Origin: Tolypothrix carrinoi HA7290-LM1
GTDB taxonomy: Bacteria > Cyanobacteriota > Cyanobacteriia > Cyanobacteriales > Nostocaceae
Assembly: GCA_019358935.1 (NCBI GenBank)
Contig: JAHHIK010000168.1
Span: forward strand, 1-11,849
DNA: 11,849 nt
Direction of reading: 5' to 3'
Of the stretch, positions 1 through 7,600 are shown one piece after another (the stretch's first letter is position 1; each line of letters opens with the position of its first letter). Under the pieces are notes generated by a model. That model ran no database searches. It was not told the origin of the DNA and saw only the letters and a list, made by a program, of their open reading frames with translations. The position numbers and the translations under genes are program-made.

Positions 1-23
1 CGTTCGCGTAGCGTTCCGCAGGA
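1..23. repeat. Partial GC-rich Nostocales small dispersed repeat (SDR-like), cut by the window edge
   Basis: CGTTCGCGTAGCGTTCCGCAGGA is a GC-rich island in AT-rich DNA and resembles the CGCGTAGCGT..CCGCAGG short repeats common in Nostocales (recognised from memory only). Confidence 0.35.
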
Positions 24-166
24 AAGGTATTAATAACAAGCTTAAACTAATTAAACGGTCAGCTTATGGCTTTCGTAATTTTGATAATTTCCAAGCCAGA
101 TGTTTGCTTTGTTGGCATTTTAACTATTAGTTTGGCATAACAGGTACTGAAGAACCTATAATTATT

Positions 167-571
167 TCACTCTACCCCTGCTAGAAACGCTACACTTGAA
201 GAAATTACTTCCGCAATATCTAGTGGGTCAAGTAAATAAATTTTTGCTAAAACTTCTTTTTTAATCTGATCAGAAGCCGAGCTTTTGTCATTTTTTACTT
301 TCTCTAATGGTTTCTTCTCCAAACCTTGACGGTAGGCTAATAGAGAAATTTTCCCATCTAAATAAAATTGCAGCGATCTAGTGTTACCACCGCTCAATTT
401 CGCCAATTGCCTAAAGTTTTTAGAATCGCATTCGGGAATGGTTTTACTCTTCAACCATCGGTACACGGTTGAGAAATCTACACCAATAGCTGTGGCTAAA
501 GTAGTTTGAGTCCAGCCCTCTTGTAGTAGCTGTTCAATCAACTGAGCCAGTCGATTTTGGCGTTCCTGCAT
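167..571 (-). CDS. XRE/Cro-family helix-turn-helix transcriptional regulator (~134 aa)
   Basis: The N-terminal HTH reads LLQEGWTQTTLATAIGVDFSTVYRWLKSKTIP. ATG at 571 places the HTH at the N-terminus; ATG 619 is an alternative and the track start at 670 is TTG. Stop TGA at 167-169. Divergent from the gene at 1015. Confidence 0.85.
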   Translation of the reverse strand: MQERQNRLAQLIEQLLQEGWTQTTLATAIGVDFSTVYRWLKSKTIPECDSKNFRQLAKLSGGNTRSLQFYLDGKISLLAYRQGLEKKPLEKVKNDKSSASDQIKKEVLAKIYLLDPLDIAEVISSSVAFLAGVE

Positions 572-900
572 ATTAGAAGACCCGGACTCAACAGTCACAA
601 AAGTTACTTTAGCGGTCATACTTATGTAAACTACCTTAGCCTGTATTCCACTATGTCTTAACCTCCGCAAAGGGCACAGCTAGGATCAGACATTGTGGAG
701 TTTAATCATTTATCCTATTTAACTAATTTAAGTCAAAAACCCTTGCATTTACAAGCGTTTCAACAAAACCGCACTGTCCTCCGCGCGCTTGGTTGGAGGA
801 GGAAGTTATTAGAGGAAGTATTCTTATCATAAGTCCCTACCGATTTCTGTTTAGCATAATACATAAATTAATTTATAAGAAAGTTTAAGCAACTATGTAA

Positions 901-941
901 TTAATCTTGCATTGTGCAACGCTTAATCTTGCATTGTGCAA
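901..941. promoter_or_regulatory. Tandem operator-like sites: two exact 19-bp direct repeats (22-bp period), each containing the dyad TTGCA-N3-TGCAA
   Basis: TTAATCTTGCATTGTGCAA at 901-919 and 923-941, with dyads at 907-919 and 929-941. Located in the divergent promoter region, 73 bp upstream of ATG 1015. Confidence 0.7.
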
Positions 942-1014
942 ACACACCGACGCAGTTAAATCACCCATTCGTTAATGAAACAGTTTTAACGTTGTCGGAG
1001 GAGAAAACATATCA

Positions 1015-2007
1015 ATGTCATACTCTAACTCTACTGTAGATTTAGATACACTCTTACGCACTCGAACTCAAGATAGTGAACAAGTGGCGTTAAATGCAAA
1101 CTGCATTTCAAACAAAACTAATGGTCAAAACCCGTTGAGCAGAGAAAATTTACTCAGCGAGGCTGAGGCAGTAGAACTAAGGAGGCTAGAGGCTAAAGTA
1201 GAACTCGGCTTAAAAGCGTTTTGGGAAATAGGACAAGCCTTAAGTCAGATTCGAGATAAACGTCTTTATCGGGAAACCCACAAAACATTTGAAGAATACT
1301 GTATCACTCGCTGGGAGATGTCTCGGCGTTCAGCTTATCAGTTGATCGGTGCTGCGATTGTGGTCGAAAATGTGCGCAATTGCGCACAAATTCTTCCCCT
1401 CAATGAAGCTCAAGCTCGTCCTCTGGTGGCACTTCCTCCTGAACAACAACGAGAAGCTTGGAAGACAGCGGTTTCTACGGCTGCAAATGGCAAAGTTACA
1501 GCTGTTCACGTTGCCCAAGTTGCAAGAGAATATCATAGAGCAAGTGTGCCTACCACACCCAGGAACAAAAACACTTTTGACCAACAAAAGCAATCAACTA
1601 AAAACTCTACACCGTCAATTACCCCTAGTTGCTGGAATTGCTCTCATTGCAGCCGAGAGTTTATAGATAATCCCCAAAACTTTTATTGTTACCAGTTGGG
1701 GAAATTGAACTTCATTGAGAAAAACGGTAATCAGCGGGCAGCCGAATGCGAACTGTGGACTTATCGAGGGGGAGAGTCAGCCCAAATCAAAAAGACCAGA
1801 CTACCACTACGAGAAACCTTCACCTTAACTCTACAGCTTCCCGCCCACTTGCAACCCTTGATACAAGACGCTGCCAAAGAGTCCGGCTTGGTTGTGGTGG
1901 ACTGGGTAGCAAAAGTTTTGTCAGAGGCAGTTTTCACAAGTCATGCTACCCAAAGTACGCATATTCATCAGGATTTTATTGATGTTTCGGGATCAGAAGT
2001 TGCTTAG
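1015..2007 (+). CDS. Putative DNA-binding protein (330 aa): cyanobacterial plasmid/phage helical domain, Cys cluster and C-terminal ribbon-helix-helix-like segment
   Basis: RBS-like GGAGGAG at ~997-1003. The motif AFWEIGQALSQIRDKRLYRETHKTFEEYC..RW.MSRRSAYQLI..A...LPLNEAQARPL is typical of a widespread cyanobacterial mobile-element family. CWNCSHC...YC...C may bind metal. LTLQLPAHLQPLIQDAAKESGLVVVDWVAKVLSEAV has an RHH-like pattern. Confidence 0.8.
   Translation: MSYSNSTVDLDTLLRTRTQDSEQVALNANCISNKTNGQNPLSRENLLSEAEAVELRRLEAKVELGLKAFWEIGQALSQIRDKRLYRETHKTFEEYCITRWEMSRRSAYQLIGAAIVVENVRNCAQILPLNEAQARPLVALPPEQQREAWKTAVSTAANGKVTAVHVAQVAREYHRASVPTTPRNKNTFDQQKQSTKNSTPSITPSCWNCSHCSREFIDNPQNFYCYQLGKLNFIEKNGNQRAAECELWTYRGGESAQIKKTRLPLRETFTLTLQLPAHLQPLIQDAAKESGLVVVDWVAKVLSEAVFTSHATQSTHIHQDFIDVSGSEVA
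1371..1388. repeat. Perfect 18-bp palindrome inside the CDS
   Basis: TGTGCGCAATTGCGCACA is its own reverse complement and encodes (N)VRNCAQ. Confidence 0.9.
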
Positions 2008-2449
2008 TTTTAAGTGACTGCTGAAGAAACACGCACGACTTGAAAAAGGGCACTTGCCGTACCTGAAGGGAGCGCTGCAAAGCACCATCGCGTAACGTTT
2101 TTGTAGATGCCCGCCATGCGGCGCACCCATCTTCGTTAGAGATTCACTTCAGATTTCGATTAGTTAAACACAATGGCTAGCCCACAGCGAGCCAATTACC
2201 GCTATGCGGCGGCATGAATTTTGCTGTCTACTTTTCTACTTTTTATATGACAAAGTGTATTCTCCTGACTACGACTTTTCGCAAACAACGAGGAATTCCT
2301 AAATTCAACCCAAACAAATTACGACTGCTGGCAGTAACAGCAGTCCGCCTTAATACCTCAAATGTCCTTAAAATTCTCCAGCCATTCACCCTTTGCCACA
2401 GCCACAACACTCTGTTTACTGTTTTGCATTTCGGGGGAGGGCAAAACTG

Positions 2450-4018
2450 ATGTCGGTAGGAGACAATAGAAAAGGGTGTGCCAGCCCTCAATCACCAGGC
2501 TACCAAACGGTAATTGCTGGGTTAGAAGTACCGCAGGCAGCAAGAGCTAACAAGCGTCTTAGGAAACCCAAAAACTTACCTTCTTGTGAACCACCACTGT
2601 TTACAAACAAAAACTACGAGATGACGGCAACAGGCGCACCAATTGTTAGTGCCACTCAAGCGTACCTTAAGCATCCAGACTGGAGTGAGTACACTAATGG
2701 CAGCCTTTACTTCCAAAAACCATTTGGAAAGGGTCGTTATATAGAGTTTTACATACTTCACAAACAGGAGCATCAACCGCAATACATCTCAGACAGCGCC
2801 GAACATAAAATCCTTGAGCAATACGGTGTGATGGCGGCAAGACTCCATGCTGTGTTCGCCACCTATGCTGCCTTTCAGGCACAACCTTGGAAGCAGCCGT
2901 TTGTTCTACGAGGTTCGGAACTCATCAAAACACTAAAGGTATACAAAAGCAAAAAGCTGACAAAATCACAAAAACTGAAAGCTATAGCGGACTTGGCTTT
3001 AGTTGTTGGAACTCTCGGTGCAATCATCCACTGGTACGAAGGAGATTTAAACCTTTGCATTAAAGAGCGCTGCCTACTTTGGACGGTAAGCGTGCAAGAA
3101 TACAGTCAGCTAAATCTATTCAAAGACGCGGATGAACTTTGCGAAGTTATAATCCGTGTGCAACCAGGTCTTTGGACTTACAACTTCCTCAACTCCATAG
3201 GTGAGCAATCAAGAACCGCACTGTATCAGTACGGGTTTATCCCAAAGCAAGTCTTCGATATAGATCCGCATCGCCAGAAACTAGCTAGCAGTTTAGCATT
3301 GTACATTATACAGAATAGTCGCGCTCATAAAAGTGGTACGTACACGATTAATAGCTTATTAAGTAACGTTTTGCTGTCCTTTCAAATTGAACAGGCAGTC
3401 AGTGATTATAAGTATGGCTGGAGACTTAAAGAAACGCTAGAAGAGGCATTGTTGGTTTTAAAAGATAAAATTGGTATCAAAATTGAGTTTGATGATGACA
3501 CCTACCCGATGTGGCTCAGACCTTTATGGGCAATGCCAGATGAACTTAGCAACCTGCCTACTAAAGAGAGAAATCAGCGATTACTTGGGACTAAGAGGCT
3601 GCCAGATAACTATATACAGAACTTTTTGTTTCAAGCGAAGTTGATTTTTAAGCTGCCACCTCAAATTCAAAGGTATTTGAATAAATTTAAAACCCCGAAA
3701 ACCTGCACAGATAAAGAAATTTCTCAATTCCAGACAAAAAATTACCCTAGTTCCACCTCAGTCAGCACTCCTGAACTGGTCAAAACACCCCCCCAGGCAA
3801 GCGCTACATCACAAATCATGGAATTACCCGAAATCAGCGAACTTACCGGAGCTACTATACGGCAAGTTCGGACAGGTAGAGGTATGAGTCAGAGACAGCT
3901 TGCTGGTGCTATGGGTCTAAGTCAGAGTTGGGTGCGAGACATTGAAACCGAAGGTAGAGATAAGCCAGTTCCACAGAAACACGCTGTCAAACTCAAGGAA
4001 GTCTTGGGATTATCATGA
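2450..4018 (+). CDS. ~522-aa protein with a C-terminal XRE-type HTH; N-terminal ~450 aa uncharacterised, possibly replication-initiator-like
   Basis: Long ORF (the track start at 2393 is TTG); GGAGG at 2436-2440 precedes ATG 2450. The C-terminal LTGATIRQVRTGRGMSQRQLAGAMGLSQSWVRDIE is an HTH, joined by an S/T/P-rich linker. The initiator role is inferred only from its position before iteron-like repeats. Confidence 0.8.
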   Translation: MSVGDNRKGCASPQSPGYQTVIAGLEVPQAARANKRLRKPKNLPSCEPPLFTNKNYEMTATGAPIVSATQAYLKHPDWSEYTNGSLYFQKPFGKGRYIEFYILHKQEHQPQYISDSAEHKILEQYGVMAARLHAVFATYAAFQAQPWKQPFVLRGSELIKTLKVYKSKKLTKSQKLKAIADLALVVGTLGAIIHWYEGDLNLCIKERCLLWTVSVQEYSQLNLFKDADELCEVIIRVQPGLWTYNFLNSIGEQSRTALYQYGFIPKQVFDIDPHRQKLASSLALYIIQNSRAHKSGTYTINSLLSNVLLSFQIEQAVSDYKYGWRLKETLEEALLVLKDKIGIKIEFDDDTYPMWLRPLWAMPDELSNLPTKERNQRLLGTKRLPDNYIQNFLFQAKLIFKLPPQIQRYLNKFKTPKTCTDKEISQFQTKNYPSSTSVSTPELVKTPPQASATSQIMELPEISELTGATIRQVRTGRGMSQRQLAGAMGLSQSWVRDIETEGRDKPVPQKHAVKLKEVLGLS

Positions 4019-4146
4019 ACTAACCACAAGCAACATAGCCTGTTTAACCGTCTTCCGCACCACAAACAACTTTCAGCTTTATCACAAAATGCGTGGAAAC
4101 TAGCGGGTGGAATGAGGGTTTCAGTCATCCTGAATAGGAGAGAAAC

Positions 4147-4177
4147 AGCGATCGCTTAAAAGCGATCGCTTTCTTTT
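4147..4177 (+). terminator. Intrinsic terminator-like hairpin built from two HIP1 octamers
   Basis: AGCGATCGCT-TAAA-AGCGATCGCT (4147-4170, 10-bp stem) followed by TTCTTTT, ~130 bp after the stop at 4018. Confidence 0.6.
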
Positions 4178-4310
4178 AACCAATGGTATCGTCTCAAACG
4201 CTGATTAATCGATTATTTTCTAGTGTCTGAGTGTTTTGTTGAAATGTCATGTGGGAGGGGTTCTAAAAAACTTTGTGATAAAGCTAACTCTCCCACTGCC
4301 CAATTGCTAC

Positions 4311-4338
4311 TCAAATTCAAGGAAGTCTTAGGTTTATC
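4311..4338 (+). repeat. Diverged second copy of the 3' end of the 2450-4018 gene
   Basis: TCAAATTCAAGGAAGTCTTAGGTTTATC (4311-4338) versus TCAAACTCAAGGAAGTCTTGGGATTATC (3987-4014): 25/28 identical, encoding KFKEVLGLS versus KLKEVLGLS. Confidence 0.8.
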
Positions 4339-4417
4339 CAAAGTAACCCGCAATATTGATTTTTCCTTTTTTGGTACTCACAGGGGGTATTTTTGTGTTT
4401 TCTGAGTACTCAATAAA

Positions 4418-4475
4418 GCCCCCTCGCGTGATATTAACGCCCCCTCGCGTGATATTAACGCCCCCTCGCGTGATA
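4418..4475. repeat. Iteron-like tandem repeat, 21-bp unit GCCCCCTCGCGTGATATTAAC (two full copies plus a 16-bp partial)
   Basis: Exact copies at 4418-4438 and 4439-4459, partial at 4460-4475. The 21-bp period is about two helical turns. Flanked by AT-rich DNA, between two replication-like genes. Confidence 0.85.
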
Positions 4476-4518
4476 GTTACTTTTTTGTAATCTATATCAG
4501 GTAAAGTTTTCAGCTTTT

Positions 4519-4561
4519 AGTACTCATCTGATCATATTGATCATATTGATCGGTGAGTACT
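4519..4561. promoter_or_regulatory. Inverted AGTACTCA/TGAGTACT boxes enclosing three GATC sites in a 9-bp tandem (TGATCATAT); candidate origin/control element
   Basis: AGTACTCA at 4519-4526 and TGAGTACT at 4554-4561, with GATC at 4530, 4539 and 4548. The same heptamer occurs at 4374-4380 and in the palindrome TGAGTACTCA at 4403-4412. Confidence 0.55.
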
Positions 4562-4651
4562 TTTTTCGCCAAAAAAAGCAGCGCGGTATTCTTAGGACGC
4601 ACAGAAATTTCGCCCTTTTGCGAGTTTAAAACTCCGCCTTTAAATGCGCCT

Positions 4652-7600
4652 ATGAAACGCCAGTACACTAGCAAACGGAATCTTTGCCCAATCTGCGGCA
4701 ATCACCACGGCTGCGCTATCAAAGAAGATGGTTTAATTGAGTGTCTGCGGAGTTTTAGTCAACAGGAAGCTCCACCTAGTTATCGCTTCCTGGCGCTGCT
4801 GCGTAACGATATGGGGGGTTTATTTGCTTTTGACGATGGCAGTAATCAAATGGAAACGCCCCTTTACTCCCAAAAGCAGCGCCACTCGGTTAATGTAAAA
4901 GTCAAAGAGCGGTTGAGTGTAGAGCAACGCGTAGACGCGGAGCGGCTTGTCACCGAGCGACATCGCATGAATCGGTTATTGCTGGAAACAACAGTAACAA
5001 ACTTGAGTACTCGCCATTCCTCACACCTCCAGGAACGCAGACAGCTAACTATTAACGAGATAAACTGGCTCTGTACGCACTTCTGGGTAAGAACTTGGCA
5101 ACCAGGTATTTACGCTCCTAATGGTGTCACCGCTGCCCTTCCGGGCATTTCAAAAGAAGGTAAATTATTAGGGATGCCGGGGATAGCGATCGCAGCCCTC
5201 GACCCCGACTTTCACATCACTGGTTTCCAAATTGCCACTCTGCGTACTGACCCCAAATACATCTGGCTTAGTAGTGCCAACCAAGGAGGTTCAGGACCGC
5301 AATTACCCAATGGGGAATTACCCCTATTTTGCTGGAAACACCCTGACACTAAGAAGGTGAAAGTAGTAATTCTCTGTGAAGGAGCGCTTAAATCTCTACT
5401 CACAGCACTGTTTTTATGGCGTTCTGGGCAAACTGATATCGCCGTCATCGGGACTGCGAGTGCAGCACGATACGGTGAAAAAACCCTAAAAAATTACCTC
5501 AAGCGGTTGCGTCCTAAAGAAATTAGGTTAATGCCCGATGCGGGAGCGATCGCTAATTTCCATATTGCCAAAGCTAATCAAGAAACTCTCCAACGCTGCC
5601 GTCAATGGGGTTATCGGCTTACTGTAGGCGATTGGGGACAACTGGACAACAAACAACATTTGGATATAGACGAATTGCTTGCAGCAAGTCGTCAAAATGA
5701 AATTAAATTAATTACAAGTGCTGCTTATTTTTGCCAATGCCATACTTATAGCCAAATCGGTCAGTTACTAAAACTTGGTTCGTTCCACCTTTTAGAAGAT
5801 AAGCTGATTGAGTTGCGACCGTTGCCGGACTCCACCCAAAGCCTGGATTTAATTCGCCAATATGCAAATTGTGTTGAACGCTGTCGCAAAGGTGGGTATC
5901 GGATAGTAGTAGCTTGGAACTCAGAAACTATCACACCTGAAGATTTCTTTGCCCTGTGTCCAGAATCAATCCAGCAACAACTGGCACAATCAGAGCGAGA
6001 GTGGGCATTACTTTACAACCTTAAACTTTGGCTGCGTAGGATGGTCGAGAGATATCGACCAAAAAAAGGATTCGGTGAACCAATACAAGAAGTTGCTCAA
6101 ACAACCACAACTACAAACAAAGCTAAAAATCAGACTGTAGTTGATGAAAATATACAATCAACTGTAAATAACCAACAAAGTGATTTTGTCAAGTATAAAC
6201 CAGGGAAACTACATCGCTTACGGAAATTTGACTCACGCAAAATTTTGTTTAAAAAGGGTCAACGATTACAAGTACTGCTAGAAGCGATCGCTGCTGGTTG
6301 GAAACATATCTTAGACAAAAGTCCTACCGGTACTTTTAAAAGCTATGATGCTGGAAAAGCCATTCCAGAAGTTTTTGGGGTGCGTCAGCTATGGTACTTT
6401 ACCTCTCAAGTCAGAAACATTACCACAGAATCTGTTGAGCAGAATTACGTGGCAATGGAGGTTCGTAACGATGGTATGGTATTTCAGTCAACCCCTGGTG
6501 GTAAGAAATATCTGAGATGGCCCAAAAAAGGAGAAACCCCTGATACAAGTGGTAACTGCCATCGCACTAAAGTCTTTGCTGCTTTGCGGGACAAAAATAT
6601 TCCATCAATTGAAGGTGTAGAAAATCCTGTTTGTGCTACCTGTCACTTATTAGAAGCTTGCCGTTTCAAGTCAGGAAAAGGATTTGGATATCGTAACTTG
6701 CGTGCGAAAGTTTTGAAGTGCGATCGCATTAGAGCGCATCCAGACAGCGCACCCGATCCTGTTGATTATGATTGGACTAATTGTGGCAACTTTTGGGACG
6801 AAGTAATGCAAACGGTGCAACCAATTCATGCTGTGACTGTAGAATTACCAGACATCGACCGCGTTATGGCTGAATTGATGATTTATTGTCCCCAAGTAAA
6901 TGTTCAGTTACAGCCAATGTGGATGGTTCTGCGTCAGTGCCTCACAGGAGAAATTCAACAACCTCACTACGGTTGGAATGATAGTGCTGTTAGGAAGATG
7001 CTGGGTACACCACCAGATAATTTAGATGAAATTATTGCGTTGGCAACTGAGTTTATTCATCCTGATTTGGAATCAGTGTTAAATACTACCAGCAATTATG
7101 GGGTAAATTTGAGGGATTTACCTAGTGGAATGCGAAAACGTTTTGGCAATAAAAATTTTGAGGTACAAGAGATAATTCGACAGCATGTTATTCTCAATTG
7201 GTTTGTACCATTTCTAGAAGTATGGAGCAAACAAATTCAAGGTGCTTTACGGATTGTTCACAGTCAACTAATTGTTACAACTCGGAAGTCACGACATGCA
7301 GAAATTGCCAAAGCTTCTGGGTGGAATATTTATCTAGATGCAACGACTACTGCTGAGTATTTGTCTTGGTGGATGGATATTAATCCAGAAGAGGTTTTAA
7401 CAATTGAACAAGAAGTGCCAGTTCATAATAACTTGCAAATAATTCAAGTGACTGGGCTGGGTCAAGTTTCTAAATATCGCACTTTATATTGCCAAAATAG
7501 GGTAGATGCTTTGCGACAGGAATTGTTAGTACGTCATCCAGATATCAAGTTTATTGACTTTGTTAAGTGTTGTAAAAGCAGTGATGGAGGTTGGTTCAGA

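Noticed and set aside
1330..1982. Short ORFs 1330-1593(-), 1349-1666(+) and 1746-1982(+)
   Set aside because: Shadow frames inside the 330-aa gene with no recognisable motifs.
2214..3060. Short ORFs 2214-2450, 2243-2491, 2358-2543, 2576-2782, 2694-2882 and 2875-3060
   Set aside because: No motifs, and most overlap the long gene in antisense. A leader-peptide role for 2214-2450 cannot be excluded but is unsupported.
4019..4159. 46 open codons in frame after the TGA at 4016-4018 (possible readthrough)
   Set aside because: Plausible by chance; the HTH domain is already complete before the stop.
4223..4405. 60-aa ORF as a real gene
   Set aside because: GTG start without an RBS. Its only meaningful part is the duplicated KFKEVLGLS tail reported separately.
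4418..4475. Tandem repeats as a CRISPR array
   Set aside because: The units are contiguous with no spacers, only 21 bp long, and no cas genes are present.
4510..4701. 63-aa minus ORF with DQYDQYDQ, and the GTG 4553 extension of rep
   Set aside because: The peptide repeat is just the translation of the 9-bp GATC tandem. The Zn-ribbon begins right after ATG 4652.
5212..6140. ORFs 5212-5448(-) and 5949-6140(+)
   Set aside because: Shadow frames within the large rep gene.
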